Positions 1 through 10,616 of a stretch of DNA of 64,000 bases are shown here, in pieces. Within the stretch, counting starts at the first letter, position 1. Each line of letters opens with the position of its first letter. Source of the DNA: Mobula hypostoma (lineage: Eukaryota); NCBI RefSeq assembly GCF_963921235.1, contig NC_086104.1, positions 63,426,001-63,490,000 of the forward strand, read 5' to 3'. Under the pieces are notes generated by a model that saw only the letters and a list, made by a program, of their open reading frames with translations, ran no database searches and was not told the DNA's origin. The position numbers and the translations under genes were made by a program.

Positions 1-1852
1 TCTGGAGAGACACTGGAGCTTGTCAGTCATTGATCTTAAAGAGTGTGTTAGACTTTAGTTCAGAGACTCAGACTGGGGAGGTCAGGCTGATAAAAGGCAT
101 TGGAAAAGGGACCGAAGCAGTACCTTTGCACCAGATACACCTAAAAAGTGACTTGGTCTCCGGACCGGTCACGATTGGGGTGAGGCCCGAACTACCGATG
201 GAAGACGTGGAGGTCTTACTCGGTAATGACCTTGCCGGCGGAGAGGTGTACCCAGCAGTAAGATTGACAAGCCAGCCTGCCAGCATTGAGGCCCCGCCCA
301 TGGACTCACAGGTTTATCCCGTTTGCGCAGTGACTCGGTGCATGTCCAGAAAGGCTGCCGAAGTGAATATAGATTTAGCTGAGATGTTTTTACCAGCCTT
401 GTACCAGGAGGAGTTAGAAAGTGAGAAGCAGCGTAGTGAAACAGAAGGAGGTAGACTTATCATTAGCAAGGAAGGAATTTATACAGGCACAGGAGCGAGA
501 CGAGGAGCTGATGGTTTTGACGGAGACAGCTCTCTCCGAAGCAGAATTAAAAAGGGAGCCAGTGGGCTATTATGTGAAGGAGGGAGTACTAAGGAGGAAA
601 TGGAGACCAAGTACCCTGCCCGCAGATGAGGAATGGGGGGTGGTGCCAAAAATTTATGGGGATGAGATTCTTAACCTGGCCCACAAGATACCCCTCGGTG
701 GACATTTTAGGGTAAGGAAGACAGTCGATAGAATCATGAAAGAGTTTTACTGGCCACACAGGAGGAAGGATGCTATTGACTATTGTAGACGTGAGCTAAC
801 ACAGTTACAGGCTATTGATATGCTAACAGCTTGCCACAATAGGCGAGCAGACCTAGTCAGTGTTATCACAAAAATTAATGAGGCTAGGGTGCCACCTGAT
901 AAGGGGAAAACCCATTTTGAAAAGATAAGTATGGTGCCGACCAGATGGGAGAACTCTATTGTTTTGGCCAACTTTGCTGATGAGTTCTCTCACTTAACCC
1001 CTGAACAGAGCGAGCCGCTGATAAAGCTAACTAACCGGCACGCAGATGTATGTCCGGATGTCCCGAGGCGATGCTAAGAGCCGGGACATGGTGTTGTTGT
1101 CACATCAGGTCAGCCTAGTAAGCAACACCCCTATAAGATGATTAAATCAGTGACAAAAGGGCTAAGGAACGCTGAAGCGTATATTGACGATTTAGTGGTC
1201 TGGAGTGACACGTGGGAGGAGCACATTGTGGCAGTAGAGGAACTGTTTAAAAAGCTGGTTGAAACCAGTCTGACAGTGAACCTCGCAAAAAGTGAATTCA
1301 GCCACGCGAACGTCACTTATATGGGATTATGGGATTTGTGGTAGGACAGGGGCAGCTGGTTCTGATGCAGGCTAAGGTGCGGGCTATCTCTGAAGTCCTC
1401 ACCCCGACAGACAAGAGAGCCCTGAGAAGGTTCTTGGGGATGGTGGGGTACTATCGGAAGTTTTGCAAAAACTTTGCGGATATCACCTTCCCTCTTACTA
1501 AGCTCTTGCCAAAGAATGCTAAGTCTGTGTGGGATGACCTTTGTTATATGTGTCCGGGACGGAAACCACTGAGAATTTACACTGATCACAACCCATTAGT
1601 GTTTTTGGCCACTATGAAGGATAAAAACAAAAGGTTACTCAGTTGGAGCCTGGTCTTAGAGGGACTTGATATTAAAATAAAACATATAAAAGGAACGGAA
1701 AATGTGATTGCTGACTGTCTGTCGAGGTGTTGAATACTTAAAAGTTCTCTGTATTAGCCGAATAGCTGATGACCCTGTATATTAGTGTGTATCTAATAAT
1801 GTATTCATGCCTATAATTTTTACCCCGGTAAAAATCCTTTGAAGGATAGGGG
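1..1852 (+). mobile_element. Gypsy LTR retrotransposon internal region, Gmr1-type domain order (protease - integrase Zn finger - RT - RNase H), internally deleted and frameshifted
   Basis: ORF 30-629 has LLGNDLAGG (protease C-terminal region). ORF 421-1077 has the integrase zinc-binding segment AHKIPLGGH...FYWP...DYCR. ORF 1138-1344 has YIDD (RT). ORF 1329-1733 has FLGMVGYYRKF and YTDHNPLVF...IKHIKGTENVIADCLSR* (RNase H end). Polypurine tract gaaggatagggg at 1841-1852. Confidence 0.9.
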
Positions 1853-2683
1853 TGTGACGACAAACCAAGTTATCAGAAGATTGATGCTGATGAGAGAGAT
1901 AAGGGAGACAATGGAGAAATATTCAAAATGCTAATAAGAGAGAAGAGAGAGTTTAACGAGAAAGAAATACATTTCAGAATATTGACAGACTGGTTGCTTT
2001 GAACCTGAACTGTTTGAAGTTTGATGGACAGGCGATACCCCAGCAGGGGGATAAAAAGAACAGGTTTGCTAAGGCATGACACACACCACAAGATCACGAG
2101 ATAACGAGGCCCTGGAAGAGCGGAGTGCCCCCACAAATTGGTGTGAGTTGGAGGTCTGGTTCGAGGGAACCAACCATAGACTGACAGGGTGAAAAGGGAC
2201 GATCGGCGGGAACCTGGTGTGTGTCTCCGCCCTTGCCTGGGTGCCGGGTTCACCGCGGAAGAAAGGTCGTATCCGGAACAGAGGGGTCACAGTCGGTGAC
2301 CACAGAAGACATAAAAGGGTTCGCCCGAAAGCTAACTGCGAAGAACATCAAAGGTCTGTTTGAATCAAAATTTGCATTCTCTCTCTCTCTCCAACGGCAC
2401 AACAGCGATTACTGCGAACTGTACTAAGCTGAACTGAACTCTGCGTCACTTGAGACTGATCATTTTACCCCTAGACTGCCATAGAGCTTGATTGATTCCT
2501 ATTACCCTAGTTCTGTGTACATGTGTGTTTTATCATTGCTAACCTGTTGCATTTATATCCTTACGATTAGAGTACTGTGTTACTTATTTCTTTAATAAAA
2601 CTTTACTAGTTTCTGTTAAACCAGACTCCAACTAAGTGGTCCATTTCTGCTGGTTTGGCAACCCAGTTACGGGGTACGTAACA
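1853..2683 (+). mobile_element. 3' LTR of the Gmr1-type element (831 bp)
   Basis: Starts TGTGACG directly after the PPT and ends CGTAACA (TG...CA with imperfect terminal inverted repeat). AATAAA near 2594. Confidence 0.8.
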
Positions 2684-2916
2684 CTAAAAAGGAATTCGAT
2701 TTTTGTTTGATATCTGAGATTTGGAACCTAAACAGAATGTTGGATTTTTGAATTGTTCTTACTCATGTAAATATTTTGTATATATAGTTTTTTTTATATA
2801 TAAACAAAACTTACCTCTAGAAGTATGTGTTTTCTATTCACTGCCTCCTTCCAATACCTAAAGCTTCTGATGACCCACTAGCACCTAGTACAACGTAATT
2901 TTATTTTCTCATAAAG

Positions 2917-3560
2917 AGTGTGACGACCAGTCACACAAGATAAGAACGGTGCTACACAGGTGTCACACCTAGGTGACAGTCACCTTGTTCCTGGTGAGAG
3001 GTAATGGAATTAGAACACATTAATTCAATAAAACAAACCCTGGGATTTACCAAATGTGCATTACAACTACAATAATGTCTTCATTTTGACGCTGTTTGAT
3101 TAACATTGGAATTAAATGATCAAATTTCAATACATGTCACCAAAAAGTACAGAATATCTTTACACACCCTACCAGGTAAAACTTATTCATAAACATTACA
3201 AGAGGCAATGTTGTTGCAATTCTTACTCACACATGTTTTATGTACATGTGTTTTAACAAGGGTGTTACCAAATATTTTCTTCTTTGGTTGCTGACATGAA
3301 TGAATGAAGTGTGGAGATGTATATTATCAGGTTTTGTGAAATTATTGACACCGAAAAACTAACACCAAATCTTGTGAAGAATGTTTTGTAGATTGGGAAC
3401 AAAGGCTGTTGACATCTGTTTATCTAAAGTCAACAAATGTATAGATATGACTCCCCTATCATGTCATCCTTACCTGCACATGGAATTGCTAAAACTAGGT
3501 AAACAAGGAACACACACATATTTATCAAGCTAAGCCTGAAGTACTGCTTTCATCTGTGTT
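2917..3560. promoter_or_regulatory. Candidate T-box/Fox enhancer (putative Brachyury autoregulatory element)
   Basis: TCACACCTAGGTGACA at 2963-2978 is 14/16 to TCACACCTAGGTGTGA. Also AGGTGTCA 2958, AGGTGACAGTCACCT 2971-2985, AGTGTGA 2917, TCACAC 2931, GGTGTTA 3261, TGACACC 3346, TAACACC 3360, and Fox-type GTAAACA 3499 and TGTTTAT near 3417. PRR18/SFT2D1 synteny with TBXT supports the context. Confidence 0.5.
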
Positions 3561-5350
3561 TGTCCAATAGCGGCACTTTGTCATTTAACAAAAAAGGACG
3601 AGCTCCAAGGAGAAAAATCTATGTTAAATTTCAGTGCGCTACTGAAGGAGTCTGCACCATCATTCAGGTAGAATGCTAAATTAAGCTCCCTTCTTAAGGT
3701 CCCTCTTAAATGGCAGTAAAAGTTCACGTGACATTAAAATAATGATTGATTCTCTGCTCAATTCTTAACAGTAAGGCCACAGTCGGTCCATGTGGGTAGC
3801 AACGTCTCTCATCCCATTACACTGAGTACTGGCACCTGGCAAGGCTGCATGCTCAGCCCGCTGCTGTTTGCACTTCTGATGCATAACTGGGTCGCAGGTT
3901 CCAGCTCAAACCGTGTCATCAGGTTTGCAGATGATACAACTGTGGTTGGTCTTATCAAGAATGCTGACGAGATGGAGTATAGAGAGGAAGTAGAGTGGCT
4001 GGTGGATTGGTGTGAGAAGGACAACCTAAGCCTGTATGTGGAGAAGACACAGGAAATCATTGTAGGTTTCAGGAAGGTGCAGACAGACTGTCCCCCTCTG
4101 CAAATACTTGGCTCCTCCATAGAGAGAGTTAAGTGCATCAAGTTCCTGGGACCTCACACAACGGATCATCTCTCCTGGAACCTCCATATCACCTCCTTGA
4201 AAAAGAAGGCACAGCAGTACCTCCACTTCCTAAGAACATTGCGGCAAGCAAGGCTCCCTGAAACCCCTTCCCCCATATTAACTGCATTTTACAGGAGCAA
4301 CATTAGCACCTTCCTAACAAGCTGCATCACCATCTGGTATGGGAGCAGTTGAGCATCGGACCAGAAGGCCCTACAAATGACTGTGGGAATAGCTGAGAGG
4401 ATCATAGGAGTCTCCCTACCATCCAACGGGGCATTTACCAGGAGTCCTGCAAACGCAGAGCCTTTGGTATTATTAAGGATCCCACCCATCCATTCAGCAT
4501 CCTCTTTGACTTTCTACCATCAAGCAGGAGAATATGATGCATAAAAACAAGAAATGTCAGGATGAGAAACAGTTTCTACTGCCAGGCCATTAGGCTTCTG
4601 AACTCCTGGACGCATCATATTCGAAGTGTCACTGGTTAATCTGTTCTGTACCTTCCAATATTTAAAATGAATGCACTTTAGTTTGCTACTTTTGTGTGAT
4701 TCATCTGTAGATTTTATCTGTACCTTCATAAGTTATTGTGTGTTATATGTACTACTGTGCTTTACACCCTGGTTCGAAGAAACATCTTGTTTCTATATAT
4801 ATATAATATGGTTATATATATGTATATAGTTAAACGACAATAAACTTGACTTTGAATATTACTGTGCTGTCTGTTTCACAGTGTTCACTTCACGTGCATA
4901 TTGTTGAGGCTTGAAAGGCCTTCGGAAACAGAACTCAGTCCCCTTACAAAGAAAGTTGCAAAGGGAAAAAGTTGCAGAACCTCATAGATATGAGAGAAGA
5001 GTAATAAATAAACTTTATATATCAAAAATTTCTTCAGAATTAAGTATCATGTTTAGAAGAAAATCAAGAGCTGCTTAGAAAATACATCCACAGATTAGTT
5101 GGTGACAAAATGATACAAACTAAATAACATTTTGCTTCGTAGTTAGAACCCATGCAATGGTAGTAATCTGATGGGTAATGCAAGTCCAAGAGTCAATCAT
5201 TTTTTTCCATCTAGTACTCAGATTAGGTGTTCTTTTGGGAACATTATGTGACTGGGTGTCATCTTCATCTTCCTGGTGTTCATGAAAGATTTGCTTTGTT
5301 TGGAATGTACTGTGAGGAGACCATCAGGCACACTCCAGGAAGAGGGCAGT
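2971..5350 (+). repeat. Local duplication, copy 1 (interrupted by a Rex1-type LINE)
   Basis: Collinear with 7798-9001. Exact shared runs include 3370-3399 = 8161-8190 and 3401-3441 = 8192-8232. Confidence 0.9.
3761..4856 (+). mobile_element. Rex1/Babar-type LINE, 5'-truncated (RT C-terminal half plus 3' UTR)
   Basis: QGCMLSPLLF...FADDTTVVGLI...KKAQQYLHFLR. Tail aataaacttgactttga. The corresponding site in duplicate copy 2 (about 8418) is empty. Confidence 0.9.
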
Positions 5351-6126
5351 AGTGTCGCCATATAAGGCTCTTCAGAATAGATGAAACAAAAGTGGGCACT
5401 AACATGCATTTTAAAAGCCTCTCATTATCTTTTAATATTTTAGTAACACACTGTACATCAATATGCTAGGTAATGCTTCTGCACAGGTTTTTAAAATTTT
5501 TGGTTAATGAAACTCTGATTTCCTAATTTTCAGCTTTGTTAAATCAAACTGCACCCCAGATTTCTAATCAAAGAATATTTTTAATGCATATTTTTAAATG
5601 AGTATTTTAAAATGCAATTCACTTGCACTAGTACAGGAAGCATTTTGACCTCTTGGCTGGATGCAAATGAATGAAATTAGACCAAGTAATCCCTTTCAAA
5701 GCTACTGTAATTCTGAGTTCATTTATCACTCTGATCAACAACTGGTCCAAAACAAAAACTTCTCACTCTAAACTTGACTCAAATCCTAACATGTTATGAT
5801 CTATTCAAAAACTGTGACATCTGTGCCATTATTTAGAAGACTGTATGCAAAACAAAGCATCTGTATTTATTAGAACTGCTCTGTACAATAAATGAAAGGC
5901 TTCCATAAATATAGCACAGAGCTTCACAACCTTTTTCTCAGCAGGATCTCACTAAATAAATTAAATTTCTGTGATCCCAAAATGACACTAATCAGCCCTC
6001 CAGGTAAAATTACATTTAATTAAATTTAAGCTGAAATTGCACTGTCAAATATTTTTGCATACCTATTTTTGGGATATCCCCAAAGCAATTTATACTAATC
6101 AACATCCTTTTGAAATTAACTCTGTT

Positions 6127-6910
6127 ATTGCCCGAAATTAAGTTTATATTGGGAAGGTATTCATAGAACATTAGGTAAGGTATTTAAGTCCTAGATACCT
6201 CTGAATTTTGAGACTCTCTACTTGGGGTATGTATTGTTTTTGGAACAGAAGAAAGATATAAAGCTGCTGCAAGCCCTTCTAGCGGCAAGTAAGAAATCAA
6301 TCACCAGAAAGTGGTTAAATCCAACATCACCTACATTAGAAGATTGGCAGGAAATCGTTTTGGAAATATTTAAAATGGAAAAAATGACCTACTCTCTGAG
6401 AATTCAAAAGAAATTTTTTTTTATCAAATTTGGAATAAATGATTGAATTTATAACCTCAGAGCGAGCAGACTTTAGATGACTCTCCGAATGGTTTATACT
6501 GTTTGTCTCACCAACATAGTAATAGTGTTAACGTAAGCATCCTTGGCTCAAAAGTTTACTGTTCTTTTTTTTGGAAAATGTGGAATTATCACAAGTAAAG
6601 AAAAGATCTGGGGAAATTTTGGACCAGAAAGAAATGGACCAGAAGAGATACATGGAAATTAGTATTCAACCAATATTATTAATATTTTTATAACAACTAT
6701 TATCATTATTTAGTTTAATAAAGTGGAATAACAATTGCACATAAACATCTATTTGAGTGTCTAATTATTTTCTATATTATCTCAATGTGCACTTGTGAAT
6801 GTACAATTTAGACTTACTTACATAAAAATTGGAAAAGGTTATATATGTAAAAAAAAGTTTGTGTATTACTTGTGAATACCTTATCCAAATAAAAATAAAA
6901 TAAAGGAAAA
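6127..6910 (+). mobile_element. L1-clade LINE 3' end, 5'-truncated, with 15-bp TSD
   Basis: ORF2 C-terminus LLAASKKSITRKWLNPTSPTLEDW, A-rich tail, and TSD GAAATTAACTCTGTT at 6112-6126 and 6911-6925. Confidence 0.85.
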
Positions 6911-7797
6911 GAAATTAACTCTGTTGTGGTTTAGTAATCACATTGGCAAATGCAAATATATATGTGAACAGAAAAGAACCAAGATTCCTCTGCTGTAGTT
7001 TTGTCACATTGTGCATACATGTGACTTAACTGGGCTGTTACCAAATATTCAATGTATTGAGTGAGCATATTGATAAATAAAGCTTGGCAGGCAGACTTGC
7101 ACTAATCATACTTAGACAAGTTAAATTACTTTTTTAAAAATCCTAAGAAGAATGCATTACAAATTTGGAATCTGTATATAATCATATTATGACCAACCCA
7201 GATTTTTCTTCTGTAGCACTTTAATAAAATTAGGGTGAGATTTGTACAGTGTTCACCATGCTTTACTCACCCCCTAAATCAGACACTATTTTAAGAGTGT
7301 AGATAGTTGAAATCATACCTTCTACTTCAAGAGCTTAGATCTACACAGTTTTTTTTCTACAAGTATTGAGGAGTGCTGGACTATTTGATCTAGTGTCTTG
7401 GCATTAAATAGTTGCCAGTATCCACACTTTTAGATGGACAGCAAAATCCTTTGCCATATAAACACAATCTGGTTATAACATTGCTGCTTGTGGGAGTAGC
7501 CTGTGCTCAAAATGGCTGTTGCATTTCACGCACATTTCAGTTTCACCTTTTGGATATGGACACCCTGTAAGAAATAATTGTAATGCCCTGAGCAGATTTC
7601 TACAGCTACGCTGTGAGGTATCTTTATTTTAGCAGTTTTCTGTAAAAGCAACGTGTCCCGCTAGTATAAGTGTTTTGGCTTTGGCTAAAGATAAGGAGCC
7701 ATGTTTTCCAACTTAGGAATGTGGTGTCAGACAGTCAGGGTTGTCCCAAAGTGGCTACGTGAGGAAGTATCAGAGACAGATGGCATCTTGATGGCTG

Positions 7798-9001
7798 AGG
7801 TGACAGTCACCTTCTTTCTGCACTAGAGGTCATGGAATTTGAACAACTTTAATTTGATAATACAAACCCTGCGTTACAACTGCAATAATGTCTTCATTTT
7901 GATGCTGCTTAATTAACATTGGAGTTAATTTGTCAAATTTTAATGCATGTCACCAAAAAGCAATGAATGTTCATAGACACTACAAGAGGTAATGTTTTTG
8001 CATTAACTTACTCACAGACGTTTTATGTACATGTGTTTTAATAAGGGAGTGACCAAACATTTTCTACTTTGGTTGATGACATGAATGAAATGAGACTTGG
8101 AGATGTATACAGTATCATCATATTTTGTGAAATGATTGATACTGAAAAGCTAATGCCCGATCTTGTGAAGAATGTTTTGTAGATTGGGAAGAAAGGCTGT
8201 TGACATCTGTTTATCTAAAGTCAACAAATGTACACATAGATATGACTACCTTATCATGTCATCCTTCAAGTAAAAAAATCTATGTTGAAATCTCAGTGCA
8301 CTGCTGAAAGAGTCTACATCATATTTAAGGTGGGACGTTGAAATGAGGTCCTTTCTTATTCTCTCAAACGGCAGTAAAAGTTCATGTGACATTAAAATCA
8401 CAATGCATTCTCCGCTCACTATTACTGTGCTGCATGTTTCCCAATAAATTAGCAGCTGTGCTTCCAATGTTTACAGTTCACGTGCAAAATGTTGAGGCTT
8501 GAAATCAGTTCCTTTTTAAAAATGTTGCAAAGAACAAAGAAGAGGCAGATCCTCATAGATATGAGACAAGAGTAATAAATAAACTTTATATATCAACAAT
8601 ATCTTCAGAATTAAATATAATATTTAGAAGAAAGTCAAGAACTGCTTGGAAAAACATCCAAAGATTAGTTGGTGACAAAATGATACAAACTAGATAACAT
8701 TTTGTGTCGTAGTTAGAACCCATGCAATGGTAGTAATCTGGTGGGTAATGTAAGTCCAACAGTCAATCATCTTTATGCATCCAGTACTCAGATTAGGTGT
8801 TCTTTTGAGAACATTATGGTTCTGGATGTCGTATTCATGGTGTGCATGAAGGAATTGCTTTGTTTGGATTGTGCTGTAAGGACAGCATCAGGCACACTCT
8901 ACAGCAGTGGTTCCCAACCTGACACCCGTAGACTCCTTGCTGTGGTGTTGGTCCATGGCATAAAAAAGGTTGGGAACCCCTGCTCTACAGGAATGGGGCA
9001 G
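7798..9001 (+). repeat. Local duplication, copy 2 (interrupted by a hAT MITE)
   Basis: Begins with AGGTGACAGTCACCT as copy 1 does and stays collinear to about 9000. It lacks the Rex1 insertion and the segment at about 3473-3605. Confidence 0.9.
8905..8982. mobile_element. hAT (Charlie-like) MITE, 78 bp
   Basis: TIRs CAGTGGTTCCCAACCT / AGGTTGGGAACCCCTG. 8-bp TSD CTCTACAG at 8897-8904 and 8983-8990. Confidence 0.9.
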
Positions 9002-9139
9002 TTTTATCACATAGTCTGGTGCTGAATCTCAGGACAGACACTCCTCTGCTGGAATCTTGTGCTAGGAATGGAGCTGCAGGCCTACAGCTGGGCTCTTGGC
9101 CATTCAAACTCTGACTGTCACTGGAGACGTGCAAGCCAG

Positions 9140-9465
9140 ACGTCCTGAGGAGATAAATTCGCTTGCCCCAACACTGAACTGTTCCCACAGCCTATGAGCT
9201 CACTTTCAATGACTTCTCATCTCATGTTCTCAATATTCATTGCTTATTTATTTATTATTAATATTTCTTTTTGTCCTCTCTCTTTTTGTATTTGCAGTTT
9301 TCCATTTTTTATAGATTGGTTGTTCCTGCATCCTGCTGGGTGTGGTCTTTTATTCACTCTGTTGTGTTTCTTGTATTTAGTGTGATTGCCCACAGGACAA
9401 TGAACCTCAGAGTGCAATATGGTGACATATATGTACTTTGATAATACATTTATTTTAAACTTTGA
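9140..9465 (+). mobile_element. Rex1-type LINE 3' UTR fragment
   Basis: T-rich body ending tactttgataatacatttattttaaactttga, a tail similar to other Rex1-like ends in this window. Confidence 0.5.
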
Positions 9466-10616
9466 GCTGAGACACAAATGCCCTCCCAGGAAAATAAAAT
9501 GCAGAGATTTTTTTAAAACCAGCTAGGTTTTGTAGAAAATGCCAAGTGTTCCCCATGCATATGCCAACACTTCCCTGTCTAGCTGTCCACAAATTGATGA
9601 TGAAGTCATGGTCTGAGACTCATGACTGTTCTGCCGAGCAGGCTCCTGTTCTAAAGGCCTCATGGAGCTCAGTGGACCACGCAGTGCCCATGGTTTCCCA
9701 CCATCTACCATCAGTGGGGCTTCTGCACTGACAACATATTAGACCTGGCAGAGGACTTGCTCCTCTTTTCACCAGTTCATTAGAGGAAAGAGGCTGCAAG
9801 AACTAGGTATTAGTTAATTTAGATACATTTATCCTGTTTATTTCAAAAGCTTAATCTTAAACTATTGTTAAGTGTTAAACTCAGACTTAAATAGTTTATC
9901 TTTAACTACTGTTGGGTTGCGAAAGCCATGATATCCATATTCAATTCGAATCCAGAAGGTAAGCTACGCTTTGGCCTGAATCGCTGGGATTTATGCACTT
10001 TCGTGAAGTTGTGGGACGGACAGTGGTCACCATTTAACATTTGCCCCAATAAAGTCAATATTCATGACGTAGTGGGAAACTTCTTCCAATTACTCCTTAA
10101 ACTTGCATGTGAAAATCAAAGCCAATAGCTTGCTTTTTAAATAAAGTCCATTTAAAAAAGATCAATTTATTTCTGAAATTTCTACAATGTCCTTCTTGCA
10201 CCATAGTTTAACGTTTGATGCAATCCTGTTTTTATGCAACAAAAATATTTATGTTCACCTTGGCTGCATTTATGTTCTTTCCAAAACAATGCACTAGATG
10301 GAGCTCACTAGCTTCCAAAACTCTCAGCACAGAGGAAGTTGCCTTCCAGTTAAAAGTAGATGACCCACCAGTGGAGATCACATGATTGGAGAAGCATTGA
10401 AGAAAGTTATCCCTCAATGCAGTTCCTACTTGTGTTCCAATATGATGATGGTCTTGAAGTTCTTGTTAGTATTAATGTACACTTGTAACAGAGGATATTT
10501 GTTGACTTGGCTTCGATTGTAACTATCACCCAAAATTCCAAAAGCAATGCTAAGAGAGGAGGATGGAGGTTGCTTTTAATATATTCACCCAACTTGTATT
10601 TGAGGTCCTCTATTAC

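Noticed and set aside
9594-9630. TGATGA...CTGA as a C/D snoRNA
   Set aside because: The boxes are too close together, and there is no terminal stem or host intron context.
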